NCBI RefSeq assembly: GCF_049075655.1
Contig: NZ_CP157522.1
Span: forward strand, 160,001 to 224,000
DNA from: Methanothermococcus sp. Ax23
Lineage (GTDB): Archaea > AGJL01 > Methanococci > Methanococcales > Methanococcaceae
Length of the DNA stretch: 64,000 bases
Reading direction: 5' to 3'
In this document: positions 10,059 to 22,177 of the stretch, one piece after another
Layout: each line of letters opens with the position of its first letter
Position numbering within the stretch: the first letter of the stretch is position 1
Program-made: the position numbers and the translations under genes
The notes under the pieces: generated by a model
The model's input: only the letters and a program-made list of their open reading frames with translations
What the model was told of the DNA's origin: nothing
Database searches by the model: none

Positions 10059-11315
10059 ATGTCATCATCAATATGGTATCTCTATGAATTTGTGAGAAAA
10101 AAATGGATTAAAAAATTTTTGGATGCCAAAACAGAAGAAGAAAGTGTTATTGCCCCAAAACGATACCGAAAGATTCCCCCAACTGTGGATTATCCTGAAA
10201 AATGTATAAGTTGTGGGGCATGTGAAGGTTCATGTCCATCATTTGCTATCGAAATGGTAGATAATTCAGAATATAATAAAAAAATTCCTGAAATAGATGC
10301 AGGAGCTTGTATAAGTTGTGGAAATTGTGTAGAATCATGTCCTACAAGAGTTTTAGAGATTGGAACATTAATGGAAGAAACAGATGGTCTTCCCTGGAAT
10401 GTTCCAAAATATACCAATTTAATAATCGATGAAGAGCTCTGTGTAAATTGTGGCTCCTGTAAATTAGTATGTCCTGTTGATGTAATTGGATATAATGAAA
10501 CTACCCATTTTATTGACGAAAATGGATGTATTGGTTGTAAGCGATGTATTGAAGCCTGCCCTGTGATTGATGCGATAAAAACCTATGATGAAAAGATATT
10601 AAAAGAAAAAATCGATAAATGCTATCGCCTAAAATTTGAAAGACTAATAACTAATGTCAAAGACAGCAATGACAAAAACTCTGATGGTAAAAAAGAAGGA
10701 AAAGAATGTGAAAAAGAAGAAGAAAATGATAATAAAAATAATAACTGTGAAAAAATCTCTGAAATTCCAAGAATAGTAAAAAGTCTCTGCATATCTTGCG
10801 AAAACTGTGTAGATGTATGTCCTGGACATATAGATTTAAAAAACTACAAAGTAGTTGAATGTGTAAAATGTGGAAACTGTATAGAAGTATGCCCAACCAC
10901 AGCAATGAGAATTGGAGAGGTTGTAAAAACCACCAAAATAAAGGACAAATGTTATATTATTGATGAGAATTCCTGTATTGGATGTAGAATTTGCTATAAA
11001 TTATGCAATGTCGATAATGCCATATTAATATCTAGCGAAACTCGACTACCTTATATAAATCCAGAATCTTGTGTAAGATGTGGATTATGTTATAGAGAAT
11101 GTCCTGTTGAGGTAATAAGTTTAACCAATACAGAAACAGTTTTCGAAAGATACAAACTGAGAAAAATAAAAGATGAATTTGAATCTGTGATTAGGTCAGA
11201 TTTAGAAGAATTCTCTAAGAATTACTTGATGTCAAAAAACGACATTGTAGAATTTGCAGAAATTAAGGTTAATGAGGCTGTTAATAACCATAAAAATAAA
11301 AAAATAGGCTCCTAA
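10059..11315 (+). CDS. ehaP: polyferredoxin (Eha-associated)
   Basis: multiple CxxCxxCxxxCP motifs; charged low-complexity linker. Confidence 0.85.
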   Translation: MSSSIWYLYEFVRKKWIKKFLDAKTEEESVIAPKRYRKIPPTVDYPEKCISCGACEGSCPSFAIEMVDNSEYNKKIPEIDAGACISCGNCVESCPTRVLEIGTLMEETDGLPWNVPKYTNLIIDEELCVNCGSCKLVCPVDVIGYNETTHFIDENGCIGCKRCIEACPVIDAIKTYDEKILKEKIDKCYRLKFERLITNVKDSNDKNSDGKKEGKECEKEEENDNKNNNCEKISEIPRIVKSLCISCENCVDVCPGHIDLKNYKVVECVKCGNCIEVCPTTAMRIGEVVKTTKIKDKCYIIDENSCIGCRICYKLCNVDNAILISSETRLPYINPESCVRCGLCYRECPVEVISLTNTETVFERYKLRKIKDEFESVIRSDLEEFSKNYLMSKNDIVEFAEIKVNEAVNNHKNKKIGS

Positions 11316-11364
11316 TCTAAAAATAAAAGTAAATAAACCAAATACAAATATAAAAAATAGAAGA

Positions 11365-11880
11365 ATGATTGATATGTCACCAAAAGTCATACCTGCTGAA
11401 GAGGTAATATATAGACATTTCAGAGATTTAGAAGTTGAGTTAAGTTTAGATGACAAAATCGTCAAAAAGCGGATTGATATTGACCATAAAAAATGTTTAT
11501 CCTGTAATATATGTGTTGAAGCATGTCCAATCAATATTATTGAATCAAATATCCCATTTCCGCCAATAATACATGAAAATTGTGTCTATTGCTCAACTTG
11601 TGTAGAGGCTTGCCCAGTGGATGCAATAGAAATCACCCACATTGTGGGTAAAATCTCCAAAGGAAATATAATCATTGAAAGATGGGCTAAAAATGAAAAA
11701 CTAATATATAATCGTATGAAATGCGTTTCCTGTCTTGTATGTATGAAAAACTGCCCATTTTGTGCCATATATGAATCAAAAGGAGCTGTTGGGTTTGATA
11801 TGGAAAAATGTCGCTTGTGCGGGCATTGTGGATATCTTTGTCCATCAGATGCCATAGATTTTGAAGGAGCTCCTGAGTAG
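11365..11880 (+). CDS. polyferredoxin, 4 x [4Fe-4S] (Eha-associated)
   Basis: four CxxCxxCxxxCP motifs. Confidence 0.85.
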   Translation: MIDMSPKVIPAEEVIYRHFRDLEVELSLDDKIVKKRIDIDHKKCLSCNICVEACPINIIESNIPFPPIIHENCVYCSTCVEACPVDAIEITHIVGKISKGNIIIERWAKNEKLIYNRMKCVSCLVCMKNCPFCAIYESKGAVGFDMEKCRLCGHCGYLCPSDAIDFEGAPE

Positions 11881-11900
11881 CTTAAAACTTAAACGGTGGT

Positions 11901-12674
11901 TTGATGATAACCATAAAAAAACCTATTAAAAAGATAATATCTGACATTTCAGATAATTTATGTTTTGATGAAGAAGAAGTCAATAAAATAATCCAAGAAA
12001 TAACAAATCTTTCTGAAAAATATATTTATGTATTTCCAAAAAAATGCGTAAGATGTGGATTATGTTATGAGGAATGCCCTGTTGATGCAATAACAAAACC
12101 TACTGTAAGAAAACCTGCTGAGATAATACCTGAAAAATGTGTAAAATGTGAAATATGTGCTAAAACTTGTCCTGTTGATGCCATTGAAGTTTTAGATGGT
12201 GAGGCATATCTAAATGGAGACAGCATAATATATAAATTAAAAGAAACCGAAGTCCAACATAGGACTGTTCGATTAAAAAAATACGATATAGATTTGGAAA
12301 ACTGTATAAAATGTGGAATTTGCGATAGATACTGCCCAACAAAAGCAATCCATGTGGAGAGAAGAAAAAGTTTCGATGTAAATTTGGATTTATGCGTTGG
12401 ATGTAAAGCATGTGAAAATGTTTGTCCAAAAAAAGTAATAAAAGTCCAAAATGAACTGGGAGAAATTCCATTTAATAAGGACATTACCGTAGATAACGAT
12501 ACCTGTATAAAATGTCTTGCCTGTATCGATGAATGCCCTGTTAATGCCATAGATGAGATTAATGAAGGGGTGGAAATAAACAAATCGACATGCATATATT
12601 GTGGAAGATGTGAAAAAGTCTGTCCTGTGCATGCTATTGAGATTAAACAATTAAATAATGATATAAAAAATTAA
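11901..12674 (+). CDS. polyferredoxin, 6 x [4Fe-4S] (Eha-associated)
   Basis: six CxxCxxCxxxCP motifs. Confidence 0.85.
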   Translation: MMITIKKPIKKIISDISDNLCFDEEEVNKIIQEITNLSEKYIYVFPKKCVRCGLCYEECPVDAITKPTVRKPAEIIPEKCVKCEICAKTCPVDAIEVLDGEAYLNGDSIIYKLKETEVQHRTVRLKKYDIDLENCIKCGICDRYCPTKAIHVERRKSFDVNLDLCVGCKACENVCPKKVIKVQNELGEIPFNKDITVDNDTCIKCLACIDECPVNAIDEINEGVEINKSTCIYCGRCEKVCPVHAIEIKQLNNDIKN

Positions 12675-12735
12675 AATAGATAAAAAATTAAATAAAAATA
12701 TTAGTATATATTATTAAAAATAGGTGGGGTTAATT

Positions 12736-13365
12736 ATGAAAGTAAAGGAATTAATGGATACTAAATTTTTAAGAATATATCCAGATTATACTGCTAAAAA
12801 AACCATAGAGCTCATGTATAGAAAAAAAAGATACAGCACCGCAGTTCTTGACAATAAGGATAAATTAATTGGATGGGTCATGTCAATAGATTTGGCATTA
12901 ATTGATGATAAAACTAAAAAAATAGAGGAAATAATGCATCCTCTTGAAGATGTAATTACATTGCATGAAAATGACCCTGCAAGGGACGCAGTTGTAAAGA
13001 TTGTGGAATATAAGGTAATGAGCATACCTGTCCTAAATAATGAGGGAAAGGTTGTGGGAATGGTTAGAAACTGCGATATAACAAAAACACTTGCAAAATT
13101 ATATGATATTCCAGTTTATAATCTATTCAAAACCTTTGAAAAAGAGCTGAAAGGTATAACATGGGATGAGCTCATGGAAGCCGCAGCAGTTGTAACAAAA
13201 CATACTACTGGGGAGGATATATCTGCCAAAGAATATGAAAAAAGAATAGAAAACACAACCTTCGGTCAGGCATTGTGGGCGTGCGGAGGTTTGGAAAAAT
13301 TCTTTGCAGGATTGATAAAAATTGGAGAAATTGCCATTGCTAGAAGAGTGGCTAAGGTAAGATAA
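12736..13365 (+). CDS. CBS-domain protein at the end of the eha operon
   Basis: N-terminal CBS pair (MKVKELM...IPVLNNEGKVVGMV) plus C-terminal extension. Confidence 0.8.
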   Translation: MKVKELMDTKFLRIYPDYTAKKTIELMYRKKRYSTAVLDNKDKLIGWVMSIDLALIDDKTKKIEEIMHPLEDVITLHENDPARDAVVKIVEYKVMSIPVLNNEGKVVGMVRNCDITKTLAKLYDIPVYNLFKTFEKELKGITWDELMEAAAVVTKHTTGEDISAKEYEKRIENTTFGQALWACGGLEKFFAGLIKIGEIAIARRVAKVR

Positions 13366-13403
13366 TGGAATATTATTTAATATATTATTTATGTTTGTAA
13401 ATA

Positions 13404-13853
13404 TTACAATTCTTTATTGCACCATCTTTTAACTATTTCTTTAACTATATCATAAGAGCTATGGAATGGACATTTTGTATAATTCTCAACCTTCACAACC
13501 TCTGTTTTTAAATCATGTTTTTTCAATTCATCCTTTAACTCTTGGATTTTAAATGTGGTCTGGTCAGGACCTAATACTATAAAATCTGGTTTTATTTTTA
13601 ATATTGGTTCTAATTTGTCAGTTAAACTTCCAAGTATTGCTTTATCAACTGGTTTAATTGCTTCAACCATCATCCGTCGCTGTTCTTCTGGAATTATGGG
13701 CTTTCTCCCCTTTATCTTTTTTACAGTCTCATCTCGTGCTATGATAACGATTAATTCATCTCCCAAACTTTTTGCGTAATTTAACGTATTATAATGCCCA
13801 GGATGTAATAAATCAAAAGTCCCGGCTGTCATCACTATCTTCTTTTTTCTCAT
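13404..13853 (-). CDS. ribL: FAD synthase (cytidylyltransferase family)
   Basis: [10 protein letters not shown] HxGH motif, LGPDQ, C-terminal Cys residues. Confidence 0.88.
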   Translation of the reverse strand: MRKKKIVMTAGTFDLLHPGHYNTLNYAKSLGDELIVIIARDETVKKIKGRKPIIPEEQRRMMVEAIKPVDKAILGSLTDKLEPILKIKPDFIVLGPDQTTFKIQELKDELKKHDLKTEVVKVENYTKCPFHSSYDIVKEIVKRWCNKEL

Positions 13854-13999
13854 GCTATCATCTTTTTAAGTATAATAATACATTCACAATTATTTTATCA
13901 TTATTTTATTTTTATAATATCAAATAGTATTTTAACCTTTTTAACCATTATTTATTTTTCCTTCTTTTTCTGTTTAATCTTATTATATACTCCCTTTAT

Positions 14000-15046
14000 C
14001 TACTTACTTATATTTCCGTATTTTTCCTTTAATTTCACCTTCCATATGGCATCAAATGCCCCAACAATTAAAGGACCTATTGCAAATCCTCCAAGTCCCA
14101 ATGTAAGTGGTCCCACTAAAAAGGCTATTAAAATTAGAGAAGGATGAACATCGCTTTCTTTTTTGACTATTAAAGGCCTTATAATAAAATCCGGCAGAGT
14201 AGATAAGAATATCGCACCAAATAACAACAATTCGATACCCTTTAATACCTCACCTACTATTATGTAATATATTGAAATAGGGATATATACCGCCCATCCC
14301 CCAATTATTGGCAAAAGTGCAAAAACACCAGTTATAACTGCCAAAATAAATGCATTTGGGATTCCAATTATATAATACCCAATGCCTGAAATCACACCAA
14401 TAACAATAGATGTTAGAACATTTCCAATAAATAGGTTCTTATAAGATTCATTTAAATTATTTAGAAACAGTTCTGTTTTTTTATGGTATTTATCAGGCAC
14501 CTGAGCCAATATTGCCTTTTTAACCATATGTCCATCCTTTAAAAAATAATATGTCATGAATAAAACAACCATTGTTTTTACAACCATTTCTGGCAAAATC
14601 ATAATCTGAGATAATGAATTTTTTACATAAGGTTCCAAATATACCCAAGTTTGAGATAGGTATTCAAATAATGTTTTTTCATCTACCTGCCAAGAATATC
14701 CAAAAATACCTGATATTTTATACAAAACTTCATTTAAACTTTTTACTATATCTATGCTTTGTAAATCTATGCTTTGTATATTAATTTGCTGTAAAAATAC
14801 TACCAATTCTTTTAATACTATGTATCCTACAATAACCGTTGGTATGATAAATACCAATAGGCATATCAATGCAGCAATGGAATTTCCCGCATATGGTTTA
14901 ATTTTATCATATATTGGTTTTCCCATATATGCAAATGCACATGAAAGAGCTAGCGTGTCTAAAAAGGGATATACCATATACATAATAGACAAAAACACTA
15001 CTAAAATAAATATTTTCATTAACAATCTATATTCATCGTTGTTCAT
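14000..15046 (-). CDS. AI-2E family transporter
   Basis: polytopic; YYFLKDG, LPIIGG and DFIIRP motifs. Confidence 0.85.
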   Translation of the reverse strand: MNNDEYRLLMKIFILVVFLSIMYMVYPFLDTLALSCAFAYMGKPIYDKIKPYAGNSIAALICLLVFIIPTVIVGYIVLKELVVFLQQINIQSIDLQSIDIVKSLNEVLYKISGIFGYSWQVDEKTLFEYLSQTWVYLEPYVKNSLSQIMILPEMVVKTMVVLFMTYYFLKDGHMVKKAILAQVPDKYHKKTELFLNNLNESYKNLFIGNVLTSIVIGVISGIGYYIIGIPNAFILAVITGVFALLPIIGGWAVYIPISIYYIIVGEVLKGIELLLFGAIFLSTLPDFIIRPLIVKKESDVHPSLILIAFLVGPLTLGLGGFAIGPLIVGAFDAIWKVKLKEKYGNISK

Positions 15047-15145
15047 ATTTTACCCCCTAAAATATATGGTTAAATATTAGTAATTATATATCATTGGTTA
15101 TACATTATTAAAATATAAAAGTTTATAAAAAAATCGGTGAGGGGT

Positions 15146-17062
15146 ATGAATATATTAATAGATGCTTCAAATGAAAAATACGAAATTATAAATAAAGAAT
15201 TTTTTCCGCTAAACTGGGGCATATATCTCCATAATAAATATGAAACATGGAAATATGACGTTTATAATGAAAATAACATATTCTGTTTTGGAAGGGGCGT
15301 TATACCCATAATAGGAGGAAATAGACTTATATTTTCATTTAGGTCTCCCCTTTGGGATGGATTCCACTTCTCCGCAATGGGCGGTGCAGGATATGTATTT
15401 AAGGACACAGGATTAAATAATGTTGCAATAATTGGAAAATGTGAAAAACCGAGTTTGTTAATATTGGACAGGGAAGGTGAAGAATTAAAAATAGATTTTA
15501 TGGAACTTAAAGATTACGATATAAAAAATTATAAAAGTGTATATGATTTAAGTGAATATATATTAGAAAAATTCAATGAAAAGAATTTTAGGGCATTTGT
15601 TGTGGGTCCTGCATCATTAAATACAAACATGGGTGGAATATTTTCCCAAACTGTAAAAAACGGAAAGTTTGTTGAAGGTTCCGAGGACTGGGCTGCACGA
15701 GGTGGAGTAGGTTCTGCATTATACAGGGCTCATAACATTTTAGGAGTGGTATATTACGGTGGAAGTGAAATAATAAATGAAGAACTAAAAAAACAGAAGG
15801 ATTTGGAAAAGAGATTGAGAAAAATTGTGGAGGAACACTATAACAAACCATATACAAAGGTTGTTCTCGAACATACCAAAAAATACCGATACAACGAAGA
15901 AACAGAAACTGGAGGAACTTTTGGAAATAACTATCATTATACCCTTGATATCACACCAATATTTAATTGGAGAATGCCATACATTCCCAAAAATACCAGA
16001 ATAGCACTTCACAAAAAAATAATGGAATATTTTGTGGCAAGATTCAACAAAGAATCCATAGAACCTAAAAAATGGACTAACTGCGGGGAACCCTGCCCAG
16101 TATTGTGCAAAAAATATAGAAATGGTTTAAAGGTAGATTATGAGCCCTATGAAGCAAATGGTCCCTTATTGGGAATATTTGACATATATGCCACAGATAA
16201 GGTCGTGCATACTGTGGATGCCCTTGGTTTTGATGCCATAGAGTTTGGAAATTTAGCATCATGGGTATTTGAACTGCTGGATGTTGGACTTTTAAAACCA
16301 GAAGAAGTTGGAATAGATAAACCAGTATTTGATATAAATGATTTCCAAACTGACGAGGATATATTGAAAAATTCAAGCCATAATGCAGAGCTCGCGGTAA
16401 AACTTGCAAATATTGTGGCATTCAACGAAAATGAAATTGGAAAGATATTGGCACTTGGAAAAAGAAAGGCATCAAATATCTTAAATGAGAAATTTAAAGA
16501 TAGGTTAAATAACAATGATGAATTCCCATATAAAAAATTTAACGACTATGCTGTTTATGTGCCTTTTGGAGATAATGGAGAAATATCTCCAACACTTTAT
16601 TGGGCAATTGGAAACTTTATGCCCTATCTTATTCAAGGAAAGTATTTAACATACTACCAATGCGGAGAATTTTTAGAGCCAGAAGAACTGGCAAAACTGA
16701 GCGTTGAAAGGGTTATTGAGGAAATAACAATAGAGGATTTAGGTATTTGTAGATTCCATAGAAAGTGGATTTATCCTGTGATTGAATTACTTTTAAAGGA
16801 AATAACCGATGTAGATTTAAATTCTACAATTAAAGAGCTAATTAAAGATATTTACGAATACGATAAAAAAATAGGATATCCAAAGTATATAGAAAGCCAT
16901 AGAGTTAAAGATTTAATAGTGGCTGGTGCAGAAGAGTTTGGAAATGATAAATGGGCAGTAGAGTTTGAAAATGAGGGTGAAGCAAAAATTAAAGAATACA
17001 TAAAAAGAGTTCTGGATGAATACAGTAGATTATTGGAAATTGATTGGAGAATAGAGGAATAA
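15146..17062 (+). CDS. gapor: glyceraldehyde-3-phosphate:ferredoxin oxidoreductase (AOR family)
   Basis: SPLWDGFHFSAMGGAG, EDWAARGG, CGEPCPVLCKK and DYEPYEANGP motifs. Confidence 0.88.
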   Translation: MNILIDASNEKYEIINKEFFPLNWGIYLHNKYETWKYDVYNENNIFCFGRGVIPIIGGNRLIFSFRSPLWDGFHFSAMGGAGYVFKDTGLNNVAIIGKCEKPSLLILDREGEELKIDFMELKDYDIKNYKSVYDLSEYILEKFNEKNFRAFVVGPASLNTNMGGIFSQTVKNGKFVEGSEDWAARGGVGSALYRAHNILGVVYYGGSEIINEELKKQKDLEKRLRKIVEEHYNKPYTKVVLEHTKKYRYNEETETGGTFGNNYHYTLDITPIFNWRMPYIPKNTRIALHKKIMEYFVARFNKESIEPKKWTNCGEPCPVLCKKYRNGLKVDYEPYEANGPLLGIFDIYATDKVVHTVDALGFDAIEFGNLASWVFELLDVGLLKPEEVGIDKPVFDINDFQTDEDILKNSSHNAELAVKLANIVAFNENEIGKILALGKRKASNILNEKFKDRLNNNDEFPYKKFNDYAVYVPFGDNGEISPTLYWAIGNFMPYLIQGKYLTYYQCGEFLEPEELAKLSVERVIEEITIEDLGICRFHRKWIYPVIELLLKEITDVDLNSTIKELIKDIYEYDKKIGYPKYIESHRVKDLIVAGAEEFGNDKWAVEFENEGEAKIKEYIKRVLDEYSRLLEIDWRIEE

Positions 17063-17104
17063 AACCTTTCTAAGTAGGCGACAATATATTAATTCACTAA
17101 TAGG

Positions 17105-17442
17105 CTGACCTACTCCAACGAGTGAACTCGTTGGGTTCTCGCTTACGGTAGTAAGCGAGCAACGAAATCACGAAGTGATTTCGTCTAATTTTAGTAGGGT
17201 TTAACCCTACACGGGTGGCCAAACCCACTACCCCTATCCCCGTTTAGGAGATTCAGGGCTACCTTTTGAACTTCCAACCACTACCAGCGGTAGAGTTTTC
17301 ACTAACCCTACCCATAGATACTTGGACTGGTAGCGTTACTTACTATTAATCTTCTCATATTTATATTTTACTACTTACTAGCCGATATAATGTCCGCCTC
17401 TCATCCAACGATTAAAATCGTTGGCTTTCTCGGCGGTTTATC
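17105..17442 (-). mobile_element. non-autonomous IS200/IS605 derivative (~338 bp) retaining a TnpB-type right end / omega-RNA, no ORF
   Basis: subterminal hairpins CCAACGAGTGAACTCGTTGG and CCAACGATTAAAATCGTTGG; minus strand resembles tnpB tails (GGGGATAGGGGTAGTGGG...GGAGTAGGTCAG); preceded by TTAC. Confidence 0.72.
17139..17188 (+). repeat. double-hairpin mini-element copy inside the IS derivative
   Basis: TCGCTTAC-GGTA-GTAAGCGA + GCA + ACGAAATCAC-GAA-GTGATTTCGT + CTAA. Confidence 0.7.
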
Positions 17443-17484
17443 GTAAAATATAAAAGAATATAAAAAAATAAAATAATATTAATA

Positions 17485-18897
17485 TTAATTTTTATCCAAT
17501 TTCTTTTTTAGAATCTCTACGACCTTCTTAGGTTCTGCTCTTCCTCTTGTTAATTTCATTACCTGTCCCATTAGGAAGTTTAATGCAACTTTGTTTCCGC
17601 TTAAATAATCTTGCACTGCCTGAGGGTTGTTTTTTATAGCCTCATCGCAGGCATTTTCGAGAACATCATCAGAAGTAATTACAGTTAAACCGAGCTCCTC
17701 TATAATTTCCTTTGGTGATTTTTCACCCCTGTTTTCAACCATTATTTCAATTACTTTTTTACCAATCTTTTGGCTGATGGTTTTACTTGTAATTAATTTT
17801 ATCAATTCCGTTAAATGTTCAGGTTTTAAATTGCTTTCAAAGAAATCTATTTTATTATATGCTAAAACCCTTCTTAATTCATTTCTTATCCAGGTTACTG
17901 CAAGACCTACATTCTCCTCATTTACTCCAAGGTCATTTACAACCTTTTCAAACACATCTGCAAGAGCCAAATCAGAAACAAGCACTTTTGCATCTTCCAT
18001 TTTTATATTATATTGCTCTACAAATCTCTTTTCCTTTTCCATAGGAGTTTCAGGCATCTGAGCTTCCACTTCTTTTACCCAGTTTTCATCTATCACAATA
18101 GGCTGAAGGTCTGGGTCTGGAATATATCTATAATCATCTGCGGTTTCTTTGCTTCTCATTGCCTTTGTAATCATTTGGGATTCCATAAATGCCCTTGTTT
18201 CCCTCTTAATTTCTCCCCCTCTTCTGAGTATGTTTTTCTGTCTTATGAATTCATACTTTAAAACTTTATAAACTCCTTTGATGGAATTGACGTTCTTTAC
18301 CTCAACCCTGTTTCCTTGAATACCGTTGTAATTGACAGATATATTCACATCTGCCCTCATTGTCCCTTCTCCTCTCAGATGACCTATGTATCTGAACAAT
18401 CTCATGAGCTGTTTTAAAAACTCCCTAGCTTCCTCTGGGTTCTTTATATCAGGCTCAGATACTATCTCAATAAGAGGCGTTCCACTTCTGTTGTAATCTA
18501 CGACCCCCAAATCAGGTTTATACTGTCCAGGGTCTTCTTCAAGATGCACCTCTGTAATACCAACGCCTAAAAAGTTTCCATTAACGCCTATTGGAACAGA
18601 GGTTCTTTGGTATCCACTAGGTAAATCAGGATAATTATAGTGTTTTCTCTGGAAGTAAATGTCTTTATCCAAAACTATCTCACATCCGAGCATTTTTGCC
18701 ACCATAATTGCTATATCCACTGCCTTTTTATTTGGTGGCATTGGTCGAGCTCCGGGATGTGCTATACACACAGGGCAAATATTCGTGTTTGGTGGGACAT
18801 CGTTATAATTTGTAGGGCATCTACAAAACAATTTAGATTTTGTATCGACCTGAACATGTATTTCTAATCCACATTTCATAGACACATTTTCATCCAT
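17485..18897 (-). CDS. gatB: Asp/Glu-tRNA amidotransferase subunit B
   Basis: GLEIHVQ, RKHYNYPDLP, HLEEDPG, DYNRSGTPLIEIVSEPD and DYRYIPDPDL motifs. Confidence 0.96.
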   Translation of the reverse strand: MDENVSMKCGLEIHVQVDTKSKLFCRCPTNYNDVPPNTNICPVCIAHPGARPMPPNKKAVDIAIMVAKMLGCEIVLDKDIYFQRKHYNYPDLPSGYQRTSVPIGVNGNFLGVGITEVHLEEDPGQYKPDLGVVDYNRSGTPLIEIVSEPDIKNPEEAREFLKQLMRLFRYIGHLRGEGTMRADVNISVNYNGIQGNRVEVKNVNSIKGVYKVLKYEFIRQKNILRRGGEIKRETRAFMESQMITKAMRSKETADDYRYIPDPDLQPIVIDENWVKEVEAQMPETPMEKEKRFVEQYNIKMEDAKVLVSDLALADVFEKVVNDLGVNEENVGLAVTWIRNELRRVLAYNKIDFFESNLKPEHLTELIKLITSKTISQKIGKKVIEIMVENRGEKSPKEIIEELGLTVITSDDVLENACDEAIKNNPQAVQDYLSGNKVALNFLMGQVMKLTRGRAEPKKVVEILKKKLDKN

Positions 18898-19011
18898 GTA
18901 ATCACCGTAAAAATATAATTTTAATTATTTTAAATAATATTACAACCAGTATTTAAAGTTTTTATAAATATGTAAAATAATCAAAAATCCATGTTTATAA
19001 AAAATAAGGAA

Positions 19012-20487
19012 TTAAATTAATAAATTTATACCTTCCATCACAGCTTCAACAGATGCTCTTACAATATCCCCCTGGGCATTTTTAACCTCAACCACTTCAT
19101 GACCTCTTCTCAACTTAACAACCACTTCAACAAGGGCATCTGTTCCACCACCTATGGATTTTACATGGTAATCCTCTAATGTAATATCTGCAACACCACT
19201 TAATGCCTTTCTTATAGCATTTATTGCAGCATCCACAGGACCAACACCAAATGCAGTTTCTATAAGCTGTTCCTTTTTACACTCATCTGCAAAGTCCAGT
19301 CTGATTGAAGCTACTGGTGTTATTTTGTTTCCAGACACAACAGTGAGCTCATCCAATAGTATTTTTTTCTCAACAGATTCTCCTTTTACTTCGTTTATTA
19401 TTGTTTTTAAATCAATATCTGAAATGTATTTTCCTAAATCCCCGAGATTTTTTATTTTATCATATACCTTTTCAAATTCTTCATTTGTAAGTTTTATATC
19501 CATAAGTTCAAGTTTGTATTTTAAAGCCGCCTTTCCGCTGTGTTTTCCAAGTATTATCCTTCTTCTATTCCCAACAGCTTCTGGTGATATTGGTTCATAG
19601 GTCTGAGTGTTTTTAATAAGTCCATCAACGTGTATTCCTGCCTCATGGGCAAAGGCATTGTCTCCCACTATTGCTTTGTTTGGTGGGACTGGTAACTTCA
19701 TCAATCTTGATACAACTCTTGATGTTTCGTAGAGTTTTTCAGTCTTTACATTCGTTTTAATATCATAAAGTGTATGAAGTGCCATTACAACCTCTTCAAG
19801 TGATGAGTTTCCTGCCCTCTCACCTATTCCATTTATTGTTAAGTGGCACTGCTGAGCTCCTCCTCTTATTGCTGAAATTGTATTTGCAGTAGCCATTCCA
19901 AAATCATTATGGCAGTGGGCAGATACAGGAACTGGCACATTTTCGCTTAGGGTTTTAAACAATTCATAAGACCTCTCCGGTGTTAAAACTCCAACAGTAT
20001 CGCATACGCACGCCCTATCTGCCCCCAACTCTGCACCTCTATTGAAAAGTTCTATTAAAAACTCCACATCGCTTCTTGTGGCATCCTCTGCGGAGAGCTC
20101 TACAATCAAACCATGTTCTTTTGCATGTTCAACAGCTTTTAGTGCTGATTCAAGGGTTTCCTCTTTTGTTTTTCTCAGTTTATATTTCATATGTATTTCT
20201 GATGTTGGAACCACAAGATGAACACTATCTACATCACATTCAAGAGCATAATCTATATCAACAGGCAGAGCTCTTACAAAGGAACATATTTCAGCATTCA
20301 AATCCTGTTTGGTTATAAGTTTTATACCTTCTCGCTCTCCCTTGGATGTTATAGCACTTCCTGCTTCTATTATATCTACCCCTAATTCATCCAGTTTTAA
20401 AGCTATTTCAAGTTTTTCATTTGGAGTTAAAGAAACCCCCGGGGTTTGTTCTCCGTCTCTCAATGTAGTATCAAATATCTTTACCAT
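19012..20487 (-). CDS. cimA: (R)-citramalate synthase (LeuA/CimA family)
   Basis: DTTLRDGEQTPG, HCHNDFG; N-terminus matches my recollection of methanococcal CimA (EAGSAITSKGEREGIK, VDSVHLVVPTS). Confidence 0.85.
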   Translation of the reverse strand: MVKIFDTTLRDGEQTPGVSLTPNEKLEIALKLDELGVDIIEAGSAITSKGEREGIKLITKQDLNAEICSFVRALPVDIDYALECDVDSVHLVVPTSEIHMKYKLRKTKEETLESALKAVEHAKEHGLIVELSAEDATRSDVEFLIELFNRGAELGADRACVCDTVGVLTPERSYELFKTLSENVPVPVSAHCHNDFGMATANTISAIRGGAQQCHLTINGIGERAGNSSLEEVVMALHTLYDIKTNVKTEKLYETSRVVSRLMKLPVPPNKAIVGDNAFAHEAGIHVDGLIKNTQTYEPISPEAVGNRRRIILGKHSGKAALKYKLELMDIKLTNEEFEKVYDKIKNLGDLGKYISDIDLKTIINEVKGESVEKKILLDELTVVSGNKITPVASIRLDFADECKKEQLIETAFGVGPVDAAINAIRKALSGVADITLEDYHVKSIGGGTDALVEVVVKLRRGHEVVEVKNAQGDIVRASVEAVMEGINLLI

Positions 20488-20677
20488 AAAAATCACTCAA
20501 TTCTTAATTATGCATTTAAAATATTCCTAATATAAATTTAATATCATGTATTATAGCTCAATACCATTAACAATTAATCATTATAAATTTATAAAAACTT
20601 TTTTATATTCTATTGGATTATACAATAATGATTAATTTATAGCAGTATTATTTAATTCTTATCCATATTTATAATAG

Positions 20678-22111
<1,434 letters not shown>

Positions 22112-22177
22112 ATAATAATAAAATAAAATATAAAAAAACTAAAAATAAAATAATATATAAAAATAAAAAAATTTATT

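Noticed and set aside
10650-10750. Low-complexity Asn/Lys/Glu inserts in the polyferredoxin (similar ones in BioB, TfrA and the PsmA tail)
   Set aside because: Short in-frame slippage-type linkers; no intein or other motif.
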